DNA of 64,000 nucleotides, taken from Eledone cirrhosa. Its lineage: Eukaryota. Location: assembly GCA_964016885.1 (NCBI GenBank), contig OZ024741.1, positions 231,508,001 through 231,572,000 on the forward strand. Reading direction: 5' to 3'. A program made the position numbers and the translations under genes. The number at the start of each line of letters is the position of its first letter. Within the stretch, counting starts at the first letter, position 1. The notes beneath the pieces are model-generated. The model searched no databases. It was not told the origin of the DNA and was given only the letters and a program-made list of their open reading frames with translations. Positions 1 to 11,822 of this stretch are shown here, piece after piece.

Positions 1-190
1 TAGGAATACAAGGAAGAACTGAGCCATTCTTACCTAGACAGCCGAGGATTAACCTGAAGGATCATAAAAGAAACTTTAAGGAAGAAATGCCAGTTAGACT
101 GATTGCTCCATCGAAATCGGATATAGGAGTAATCAGTAAAAACATCATAGATAGAATATTACCCATTCTTAAATTGAGATCTCTTAAATA
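1..190 (+). pseudogene. Penelope-like element RT fragment (probably Hydra-type clade), running off the left edge
   Basis: Frame from nt 3 reads GIQGRTEPFLPRQPRINLKDHKRNFKEEMPVRLIAPSKSDIGVISKNIIDRILP, matching the PLE LKDHK..F...RLI.P.KS.IG.ISK RT-entry motif. Absent from the ORF track because it has no start codon. Confidence 0.75.
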
Positions 191-1724
191 CAGGTTGCTT
201 GGTTTTGGCTCAAAATTGGTGATGTAGTCTCTTTCCTTATTAGTAAGTGAGTTGTGGTAATTTGAAGCCAGGTTGTTGATCCTCTTCATGATGTTGTGGT
301 CTATATTTGACGGTATTTCATGATAGAATGTTCTGTCTTTCAGTTGTTCCTCAACCAAATCCTTGTAGTATTCAGCATCCATTATCACAACTGCATCCCC
401 TTTATCTGCTTGTTTAATTATTATTGTTTTATCATTTTGTATACGTTTAAGTGCAGACATTTCTGATTTGTTAATGTTTGGCCTAACATTAGTATTACGT
501 CTAAGAGGAAATTTAGACAGGATGTCAATGTATTGGTCGAGATAGATATTTCTTCCTTTTGGCGGAGTGAAATTTGATTTATTCTTTACTAGTGATTCAT
601 CACTCTAATTACTTTTATCAGCGAAGAATTCTACAAGACGTAATTTTCGACAGAATTCTTGGGTATCCTCCTTCAGTTCTTGGTGGTTGACTGTTTGAGT
701 CGGTGTAAATTTCACTCCTTTTGACAGAATTTGCATTTCATCCTTGTCAAGATCTCTTTTGGATAAATTAATTATTTTAGGATCTACATGTACAGTTGTT
801 TAGGGTATGTTTCCTCCTGGAGTTTTTCTTTTTCCGGTTTTTGTTGTCCTGACGTTAAAAAATGGATTTTTCTCTGTTCAGGATTTATATTCCTGTTGGT
901 GTTTGCTTGATGAACTTTTGGTCGTGATATTATATTTGATTTCGTAATGTATTTTATCCTCTTTTTGGTATTATGTATATTATTTTTCCATTTCTTGTTA
1001 GCATTATTTTTAACAACCTGGGAAAATGACCTAGGTTTGCTTTCAGATTTAAATCGCGTTTTCGCCCAGTTTCTTGGGGGTAATCTCTGTTGAGATCTTG
1101 AGAGTGATCTGGTTATTCTACGTTATGTTTCCCCGTTCCTTGTGGGTAGTCTCTGTTGAGATCTTGAGAATGGTCTCATGGTTTTACTACTTCTCATGGT
1201 CTGGTCAAAGGAATATCTATCGTGTTTGTGCTTTTTGTTCATGTTGTGTGCGATAGGGTGTTTTTGTAGAAAAAGCGAAGAGTTATTACCGTAGTTCTTC
1301 TTTGATTAAAGGTTAGGTGAGTGTTTCTGTTGGCACGTGTTCTGGCGTATGTTGTGTTGGTGAGATTGTCCACTTTTAATGCTTTTTCTCAGGGTTCCAG
1401 AGTCTTTACCGCAATTTGCAGCATATTCGTCGAGAAATAATTGTTTCTGCTGCCATACATTTCTTGATTTGTATCTTCTTTTGAGATATCTCTGATCCAT
1501 AGTTCTCGTAGTTTTTCAGCTATAATACCAGTGGTTAGCTTTGAAATTTCAACTTTAATTTGGTCATCGATAGCTTCATATTTGGCTTTTTTAGCGGGAT
1601 TGTTTACATTGAGAAATGGAGATGTCGTTCCTGAATTTTGTCAATGTAAGTTCCCATCGGAGTTTTGTTTCTTCTTCTGGTTCTCCTGCAATTTCTGTAA
1701 TTAGGTTGTTGTTGTTAGTGGTCG
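190..1724 (-). pseudogene. Penelope-like element N-terminal/pre-RT fragment, truncated and disrupted
   Basis: ORF 62-460 has IIIKQADKGDAVVIMD..YY. The upstream frame reads INLSKRDLDKDEMQILSKGVKFTPT...FCRKLRLVEFF with an in-frame stop near 606. Breaks at ...KPSNLY. A 13-bp fold-back at 1712-1741 marks the other end. Confidence 0.75.
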
Positions 1725-1741
1725 ACTACGACCACTAACAA

Positions 1742-1742
<1 letters not shown>

Positions 1743-1775
<33 letters not shown>
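1743..1775. repeat. (AAT)n microsatellite, target/tail of the Tx1 element
   Basis: About 11 AAT units. A short AATAATAATAA also flanks the other end of the element at 7697. Confidence 0.95.
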
Positions 1776-1777
<2 letters not shown>

Positions 1778-2052
1778 TTTCATTTATTAGCCACAAGGGC
1801 CGACATGTAGGGGACAATACAAAGACAGGGACAGTGGGGGTTCACAATAAGGTCGAGTAAAAGTGCACAATGGCAAAACTAATTTAACAATGAAAATATA
1901 AAAATATAAAATAAACTATGCAAAATATAACAAAATAAATTCCCCGATAGGGGGTGGACGACCCTGCGGTGATTCGGGTACCCCACAAATCCTGAACCAC
2001 CCTGCGCTTCTAGGGCACCCAGGAGAGCACCCCTCTCCTCAAGTTAGCTAGC

Positions 2053-5000
2053 CTATAGGCGCATGGTCAGAGTAGGCCCATTCACACGAGCCATTCTCGC
2101 CACATTCACCCACCTTTTGGCAAATGTACTGGGGGGTAGCACTTCTCTCTCCACCCTCACCCTCCTTTCCAGGTGAAACTTGAAGAAGTTGATGAGGGAT
2201 TGGCCGAAGAGAAAAGTGTCTGTCTTTAGTCCTTTCAACCTGGTCCACCATATAATCTCTTTCGCAACTGCCACCAGACAGAGGAAAATGTCCTGCTCTT
2301 CCTGACCTAAGGAAGGCGGCGGCTCGATATTCACTATGGACTCGGCCGATAACCGGATTCGTTCCACACGCGACAGTAGCTGTTCGACATAACTCCACAA
2401 GTCAGTAATGCACGGACGTTTCGTGCAGAACGGTTTCGTCGTTCTGTGCGCATCTTGGGGAGGTCCGTCTGACAGCACTTCCGTGCCTGTAGAGTTTATC
2501 CCGAACCGGCAGTGCCCCCCGGTAGCACTGCCAAGCGAGGGATTTCTGGAAATTGTCCATCGTCCCCGGCTCAAAAGTCCTCCGGTACAGACTGGTCAGT
2601 TCGACTTCGTCGAGGCCCAAAGCTTCTCCGAGTGCGTCATCGCACTTGCCCACCACTAATCCTCTATAGAACTCGAGAGTGGAAGTTCCACTGATCGAAT
2701 TGCCCGCTTGGTTGAGGGCAGTGAGTGCCTGGCAACATTCCAGGTGACAGTCACCCAGTCTCGGTCTCTTCTTGACCCAGGACTGCAGCTCAGTCAAAGA
2801 AATGAGCTGCGGAAAAGCCCGTCTGATAAACGGCGACCATACCTGTTCACCATTGAGACAGAATATCTGGAGATGTCGCAGCCTCAACGCATGTCTACGC
2901 ATCATTAGCCACGGCATGCCCAGCCCTCCGCGTAGAGGGTGCTGGCAGCAGATGGACCGCCTCACCAACGGAACTTGTCCCCTCCACAATAATTTGAAGA
3001 GGAGCCGTTCCAACTTGACGAGGCGCGGACGGGGGCAAGGCACGACGGTTAGGCGGTAATAGATGACGGACGCGATGTACGCATTCGCCACCTCCGCGCG
3101 ACCTTTCAGTGATAGCTTCCTCCCAGCCCATTTTTGGGTGAGACTGGCTACTCTGCTCGTTACCTCGTCCCAATTCTTTTCCACCTGGAGGTCTGGTCCG
3201 AACCAAACCCCGAGCAACTTTACTGGTCCGTCCGTCCAGCGCCCCACGACGCTGTTGGATGGCATGGGCTTGCCTCTCCAGGTTCCGAGCTGCAAGCCCA
3301 CCGACTTTTCCGGGTTAAGTTTGGCTACTGTCAACCTTTCATATTCCTTCAATAAGGTGCCGACCACCTCGATTTCTGAGGTGTTCGACACCATCACGGT
3401 GATGTCGTCCGCATAAGCCGACACCGCCTTTCCACGTCCCGGTTTGAGCGGGATGCCCTGCAACAGCTCCAGCTTCCGCAGTAAAGGCTCGAGAGTCAAT
3501 ACGTACAGAAGGGAAGAGAGAGGGCACCCTTGACGGACCGATCGGGAGAGCCGAAATGGTTCCGAGAGGTGGCCATTAACCTTGACCACCGAGCGTGTGC
3601 CGCTGTGCATTGCAACGATCCAGCTTCTAAAGACAGGGCCGAAGCCAGCTGCTTTGAGGACAAACTCCAGATACCGATGGTCGACCCTATCGAATGCTTT
3701 CGATTGATCTAAATTGATCAGTGCCCCACCGAAGCCAGGTTTACACCCTACCCTCTCTATGATGTATCGCATGAGGTGGAGATTGTCGTGTATGGACCTG
3801 GCTGGGATTGCGCAAGTTTGCGCCTCCCCAACCAAATCCTCGACGACAAGCGTCAATCTCTTTGCTAACACCTTGGCCAAAATCTTAAACTCTGTGTTGA
3901 GCAGAGTTATGGGCCTGAAGTTGTCTAATGTATCCCTTTTGTTCTCGTCTTTCCTTATCAGCGTCACCACTCCCCTGCTCACAGAACTGGGAATACTCCC
4001 ATTCTGCTGCCAGTTGCAGTAAAGTGCTTCGAGGAGTTCGGAGAACAAGTCTGGCATATTTACGTAAAGCTCGTAGGGCAGGCCATCCAAACCGGGTGAC
4101 TTGCGCCTCATGCAGCCGACAAGGGCGTCCTGAATTTCGGCTGAAGTAATCGGCCTTTCGCAGCGCTCAGCGTCGACCGTCGAGATGCGCGTCAAGCCGT
4201 CAAGGTAGGGACTGAAATCCGCTTCTCTCTCTGACTCGCCACTCTCCCCGAACAACCGAGCAAAGTGCTGGCGAAAGGCCTCACACATCCGCTTGGAATC
4301 GCTTATCTCGTGTCCGTCTTGGTCCGCCAAAGACCGAATTGTGGTTTTATTACCACGCTGCGCCTCCGCCACGCGGGCCCATCGAACAGCTTTAGTTCCC
4401 TCGTTTCTCAGCGCACGCGCCTTAGCTCTAACAATGCAACCTTCGTGTTTGGCATTGAAGAAATGGTCTAATGCCATTCTCGCCGCTAGCACGTCAGTTG
4501 CGATGCCACTACAAATAGCCTCGTCTAACTTATCTACCATCTCCCCGTCCTTTCTATTTTTCTCTAACGCTAGTTCTTTGCTGAACTCTATCGAAGTTAC
4601 TCTAATCTCTCTTTTGAGAGCCCCCCCCCCCCATCTGTTGTTGATGATCCCTCCTGTCAACTTTTGCTTAACTAACTTATTGACTCGGTCCCTGTAAGCC
4701 TTACGTGCCGGAAATGACATGTTCAGCTTCCAGTAACCTGGTCCTAACCTACGCGTTTTATTTAGGTCGACCGTACAGATCACAAATTTGTGATCTGAAT
4801 AGGCGACCGTTTTAAAAAGTGGACAGCCCACACTATTTCTATCTATTTTCCAAATGAAGATTCTGTCTATATACGATCTAGATGACCCCATTCGGTTGGT
4901 CCATGTCCATACTGGCACATTGGGGAAATCTAGTCGATACCTGTCAGACAGTTGGAACTGGCTGAGTAGGTGCTTGAGGCTTTTGCTCCCCCCCCCCCGC

Positions 5001-5475
5001 TCCTATCGGCTACTCCCACACAATCCCAGCGTGCGTCTAAGATGCCATTCCAGTCCCCCGCTAACAGTAAAGGGCGAGACGTACCCAGAAAGGTCTCCAG
5101 GCGCCTAATGTAGTCAGGTCGTCCGGCCCCTGTAGGGGCGTAGACGGCCAGCAGTCTAAAGGCACCACCTTCGCTACTGCTCACATCCAAGACCACCAAC
5201 TTACCATCCGGATCTCGGAAGATCGACCTTACCTCGAGATCCAGTCCTTTCCTAAACAGCACTGCCACCCCACCCCCCATTCCCGGCCTGCTAACAGATT
5301 CGAAGATCTGATAGTCGTCGAAAATGGGGGCTAGTGCACGCGTGTCGGAAATTCTGGTCTCGCTTACGGCAATCACATCCATTTCCAGCGACCGGAGGTC
5401 GTTGAGCAGGCGACCCTGCTTCCAGGGTGACTCCAGGCCGCGAACATTTAAACTTCCTACTCTTAATATGGCCAT
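2053..5475 (-). pseudogene. Tx1 ORF2 (APE endonuclease-reverse transcriptase), frameshifted
   Basis: SLNVRGL, SET, YAP and GDWN in 4930-5475. RSYIDRIF, SDH, KSPGLDG, FRPITLLN, LDQSKAFDRVDH, VRQGCPLS and YADD in 2402-4918. C-terminus in 2053-2574. One frameshift lies at a C homopolymer near 4990. Confidence 0.9.
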
Positions 5476-5670
5476 ATTGGTAAGCTAACAGAGAGAGAGG
5501 GAAGGTTTACTTACCTCCCGGGTTTTGTGAAGGTCGGGTGGTTCGACCTCCATGGCTGGTGGGGTTTCTTTTGGGAACCCCTTTAATAGTCTTCATGTGG
5601 GTTTCACATTCGGGTTTCCCACGTCTTGAGGAAAGCTCTCTCGAATTTCTTTGAAAGAGTTGAGTGACAT

Positions 5671-7476
5671 TCAGACCAGAAGCAAATCTTCTGGCACGCA
5701 AAATGTGCTCATTTCAAAAATCTCCCCCTCTGTTTGAATGTCCTCGCTTCGCGCTAAGAGGGCCATCAGTTTATCGTTGGCCCTTCTGACAAGCACGAAG
5801 TTTTTAACATTTTGTTGGTGTGGTTTTATTTGTTTTCGTTTTGGTGAAGGTGGTGGCGATGGTTTTGGTGGTGTTGTTTCGGGTATGTCTATGTTTGTTG
5901 TAGGTGTGGTGTCTGCAATTTCAGGTATTTGTGTGTTTATTTGTACTTGTGTTTGTTTAGGTTGTTTGCGTTTCGGGGATTGTGGAGGTGGTGTCGATGT
6001 TGCTGATGGTGCTGATGTTATTGGGGAAGTGTCTGCGTTAGTGGTGTCTGTATTTTTTGTTGTGTGTGTTTTTGTGTTTTGTTGGGGCTTTTTTTTGTGA
6101 GTTTTCTCTGTTTTTTTTTGCACTTTGGGGTTTCCTTCATCTTCGCTGCTGGAAGACAAAGGGTCTGTGTCTGTGAGTGTCTCTGTGTCTGTGTGTGCGT
6201 TTATTTTATTTTTTTCGTCTATGTATATAGTTGGGGGGGGGGGCTAGGGGGAGTGGGAGAGCTTTCCCCGTTTTCTCCTTGGATTGGTTTTGGTGTTGGT
6301 GGTGATCCGGCTGCTTTTGATATTGGTGTCCGTGATTTTGTTGACGTTGTTTTTGGTGGCGGTGGTGGTGGTGCAGCTTTCCGTGCTGACACTGGCGTTG
6401 GCAACAGAGGAGGTTTGCGACCCCCTGCATTTTTGCGCTGAGGGCAGAACGCTTGAAGATGCGTGGCTTCCCCGCAAACGATGCAGCGTGGCCTTCTTCC
6501 GTCAACCATTTAGTTGGATTGTTGTCCCGTCCTGCAGGCGGGCAAAATCTGGGATGTTATTTATATCCTCCGGTTTCATTTGGAGTAGAATCTCCAAATC
6601 CATTCCGGACCAGTCTTCTCTCTCTGTCCTTTTGATGTCCAGGAGGGTGGTGTCTGTCCCCTCCTCGATTACGCATCCCAGCAGCCACCATATGTTCATT
6701 CCTGGTGGGATGCTGGGAATGCGTACCTTCACTGTCCTTTTACCCATATAGGACGGATGCATGATAATGCGTTCCGTTCTGCAGGGGATCACCGAGTGCT
6801 TAATAGCGAGGGCCTCGGATTTGAACAGTACCGAGATGGTACCGAACTGTTTGCCTCTTGCTTTGTACTCTATTTTACTTCCGATGTACTCCAAAGCAGC
6901 CTCTACCTCTGCTTGGCTCGCAAGTTCCACTTTTCGTGTCTGCACCGAAATACATCGAAAGAGCACCGTCCTCCTTTGCATGGCCACTATTGCCTCGTCC
7001 GGGATGGTCAGGTTTGCCGAGGACTTCTCCCGTTTAATTAGCCTCCACGCTTTGGCTAACTGTTCGTCTTTATCGCTAATATCAATATCGATATTCAATA
7101 ATCGCTTTGTTTTTGCTGCTGCTGCTGCAGCAAATGTGGTGTTTCTGATGCTCTTATTGTTCTTGTTGTCATTCTTGCTGTTGCCACCACCATCCTTGTT
7201 TACATTGAAGCTGTCGGTGTTTTTGTCGTTATTGCTCTGAGTTGTTGTTGTTGCGGTGGTGGTGGTGGTGGTGGCGGTGGTGGTGATGTCGTTTTCAGAT
7301 GATACTGCTGCTATGCCAGAAGGTTGTGATGGTAGCTTTTGAGTTTTGCCTTCACATTCAGTAGAGCGGATGACAGGCATGACTGTAGCCGTCGTAGTCG
7401 TGGTGAAATCTGAAGTGGCTGCCTTTAAACTTTTGACCTGAACGTTGTTTACCGTTTCAAGGTCGAAAATTTCCAT
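5671..7476 (-). pseudogene. Tx1 ORF1 (gag-like, zinc knuckle), frameshifted
   Basis: Three consecutive frames: 6502-7476; 6219-6509 with CIVCGEATHLQAFC (CX2CX4HX4C); 5671-6159, a Pro/Thr/Lys-rich tail. Confidence 0.75.
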
Positions 7477-8149
7477 AATTTTCTTTTGGTGGGGAAGCGA
7501 TTTTTTTCAAAGATTTTAAAAAATAAATCTGAATATTCGGGCTTAAAGCCCGAATATTGAGAGGTATCCCTCTCTTTAAATCAAGATGTGTACCTTAAGT
7601 TTCGTTAATGACAAGAAAATACAAAAAAAGACACTTTACAATAGCTTAAAGCTACGAACCTTTTCCCCCGCAGACTTGTCTGTCTTCACACATGTGAATA
7701 ATAATAAAAGTGATGTTGATGGTGATGATTACTAGAAAATGCGATTTTCATCATTTCTAAAAATAGCAAAACAATTGATTCTTTGGATAGGATCAATTAG
7801 TAGTCGTTAGACATGCTCAACCAACCGTGACGCCTAAACCAATCAGCTTTAGTAATCTAGTGAAACTACGCACAGATTGGTCGAAATACAGATTGCAAGA
7901 TTTAATATTCTGAAGTCACTTTTCGATGTATATATGGCACAAATTTACCCATCTTAATGACCGGTGAAAATTGCAAAATTGACTGTCACCACATATTAGG
8001 AACCTTAAGATTGCGAAAGCATGGAAGTACTTGTTCAATGAACACTTAACATTTAATATTCTACCATACTATTTCATTCTAATACCATTAAAAATGTTAA
8101 AGGATTGTAAATAAAACGAATAAATCAGACAAAGGTGGAATTCCTTTTA

Positions 8150-8172
8150 TTAATATATATATATGTATATAC

Positions 8173-8214
<42 letters not shown>

Positions 8215-8216
8215 GC

Positions 8217-8270
<54 letters not shown>

Positions 8271-8282
8271 ATACATATATAC

Positions 8283-8331
<49 letters not shown>

Positions 8332-8359
8332 CATATCTATATCTATATATATTTATACA

Positions 8360-8393
<34 letters not shown>

Positions 8394-8732
8394 CATATAT
8401 ATATATACATATATATATATAGATAGATATATATATACATATATATATATATACATATATCTATATACATATATATATATATATAGAGTATATATATATT
8501 TATATTATATATATATACAGTATATATATATCCATATATATACATATATATAAATATATATATATATATCCATATATATATACATATATATAAATACATA
8601 TATACATATATATAAATACATATATATATATACATATATATATATATAAATACATATATATATATATATACATATATGTATATATATATATATAAATACA
8701 TATATATATATACATATATGTATATATATATA
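8150..8732. repeat. (TA)n/(TACA) microsatellite
   Basis: Direct inspection. Confidence 0.97.
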
Positions 8733-9857
8733 CAATTAAGTTAAAAATGTACATCTACATATGCATACTGAAATACTAGTATGCATATGAATACACACAC
8801 GTATACATATGTAGATGTAACATATATGGATGTACATTTTTAACTTAATTGTTTAAGCGTCAGTCATACAAAAGTGAGTTACAAACGAAACGAAATTTAA
8901 TTTCGTTTCGTTATTTGTTTTTATCGTCTCCGTTGAACCGGTACGTACTCACACTCTATGCAAATTAGTCTGCCCACTACTAATTTTCATAGAAAAAGCA
9001 TATAACGATATGTGCTTTTACGATTCTCCAGAAAGGCCGGTAGATAGGTAAATATTGCTGATGAGTTGTAACAACAACGAAACTAGTTCAATATTCCTTG
9101 TCTGGCTTTCTGGAGAATAGAGGAAAGGTGTTTCCTCGAAAACCAGTATGACTCTAAAAACCGGTTTGTCTGTGTGTTTACATACAGAATAGCTGGGTTA
9201 CTCACAGTAAAGTAACCAGTGAAAGACTTGTTACATCTACATATGTATACGTGTGTGTATTCATATGCATACTAGTATTTCAGTATACATATATGGATGT
9301 ACATTTTTAACTTAATTGTTTAAGCGTCAGTCATACAAAAGTGAGTTACAAACGAAACGAAATTTAATTTCGTTTCGTTATTTGTTTTTATCGTCTCCGC
9401 TGAACCGGTGCGTACTCACACTCTATGCAAATTAGTCTGCCCACTACTAATTTTCATAGAAAAAGCATATAACGATATGTGCTTTTACGATTCTCCAGAA
9501 AGGCCGGTAGATAGGTAAATATTGCTGATGAGTTGTAACAACAACGAAACTAGTTCAATATTCCTTGTCTGGCTTTCTGAAGAATAGGGGAAAGGTGTTT
9601 CCTCGAAAACCAGTATGACTCTAAAAACCGGTTTGTCTGTGTGTTTACATACAGAATAGCTGGGTCACCCACAGTAAAGTAACCAGTGAAAGACTTTTTA
9701 CATCTAAATATGTATACGTGTGTGTATTCATATGCATACTAGTATTTCAGTATGCATATGTAGATGTACATTTTTAACTTAATTGTTTAAGCGTCAGTCA
9801 TACAAAAGTGAGTTACAAACGAAACGAAATTTAATTTCGTTTCGTTATTTGTTTTTA

Positions 9858-9858
<1 letters not shown>
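8733..9858 (+). mobile_element. Retrozyme-like array A: 467-bp non-coding unit x ~2.2 with an inverted 5' piece (8733-8820)
   Basis: GTTTAAGCGTCAGTC recurs at 8851, 9318 and 9785. One HHR per unit. Both ends are in (TA)n. Confidence 0.85.
9051..9095 (+). ncRNA. Type I hammerhead ribozyme (array A; second copy 9518-9562)
   Basis: aatattg-CTGATGA-gttg(taacaa)caac-GAAAC-ta-GTT-caatatt. Stem I extends via ttctccagaaag/ctttctggagaa. Confidence 0.9.
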
Positions 9859-10830
<972 letters not shown>

Positions 10831-10869
10831 GGAGATTACAGTAATCAAAGTTCAGTTTATGTCCTTTAT

Positions 10870-10918
10870 TTGCTTACAATTGTTTCCTCCAAACCGAGGT
10901 TTGGATTCTTCGGAGCAA
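10870..10918 (-). ncRNA. Minimal type I hammerhead (CCGAAGA variant) in a probable PLE 3'-end remnant (about 10831-11450)
   Basis: Minus strand: ttgct-CCGAAGA-a-tccaaac(ctcg)gtttgga-g-GAAAC-aatt-GTA-agcaa, 40 nt from the (TA)n junction. Confidence 0.75.
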
Positions 10919-11501
10919 CTATTTATAACATACTTGACCTCCTTTTCAACCCAAGAGACACATAAAACATATGCGCATATTGATCAACAGTGGGGTGACA
11001 TTAATCAAATGATATAGCATGGCAATTTACATATAAAGGTTACAGGATAAAAATAACATAAAAACAAGAGTGAAAATAAGAGTGAAAATAAAGATAAACT
11101 TGAAGCGTTGGCAGTCTATGAAGATAAAGCAAGAGGAAAGCTTAGAGTAGTCAGTGCATGGAAAAATCTCCCGTGCAGCATGCACGCGTGTCTTATCTAT
11201 ACATGATTAGAGTGCGTCAGAATGATGTTTGCAGGGTCAGGCAGTTGAAGCTGGCAATCGATCTTATTATATAGGCTGAATTATTAAGTCATTTATTCTC
11301 ATACATCTGTATGATATACAGTCTCGGATGCGGGGAAACACCAAAATATCAAAAACCATCAACATACTATAAACCTTATTGTATCGCAGGCAAGGCCGTA
11401 CCATTGTCCCCGCTCACGCCACCACTCACATAATCCATGAGACGCAATATATATATAGAGAACACGCGTCTATTGTATAATTTGCGGTGGTTCAGCATAT
11501 A

Positions 11502-11705
11502 GTCAAGCTATAAACCGTATCCAGTCGGTTCTTAATTAATATATCATGCTGTCCAGATTCCGGAAGTGCCTATGTATATATATATATGTATGTATATATA
11601 TATGTATATATATATTTGTACGTATATATATAGTCAAGCTATAAACCGTATCGAGTCGGTTCTTAATTAATATATCATGCTGTCCAGATTCCGGAAGTGC
11701 CTATG
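11502..11705 (+). repeat. ~74-bp direct duplication separated by microsatellite (period 131)
   Basis: GTCAAGCTATAAACCGTATC...TTCCGGAAGTGCCTATG at 11502 and 11633. Confidence 0.85.
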
Positions 11706-11822
11706 TATATATATATATTTATATATGTATATATATATATATATGTATGTATATATATATGTATATATATATATATATATATGTACGTATATATATATAT
11801 ATATGTATGTATATATATATAT

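Larger units (their letters stand above)
1776..7696 (-). mobile_element. Near full-length Tx1/L1-clade non-LTR retrotransposon
   Basis: 5'UTR, ORF1 with CCHC knuckle, ORF2 with APE endonuclease + RT + C-terminal zf-RVT-like region, then AATAAA and (ATT)n on the minus strand. AAT repeats on both flanks. Confidence 0.9.

Noticed and set aside
190-1724. Selenocysteine-recoded PLE, as known for some Naiad elements
   Set aside because: The in-frame stop I checked (~606) is TAG, and I saw no run of TGA codons at Cys positions.
6495-6515. Programmed frameshift in Tx1 ORF1
   Set aside because: No slippery heptamer; a single extra A explains it as a mutation or sequencing error.
2048-7240. Antisense and alternative-frame ORFs over the LINE and PLE coding regions
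   Set aside because: Shadow ORFs of GC-richer or low-complexity coding sequence, with no independent motifs.
11697-11822. N-terminal extension of the 705-aa RT ORF
   Set aside because: Read-through from flanking (TA)n; the LINE is 5'-truncated at ~11823. The same artefact affects the end of ORF 24171-25115.
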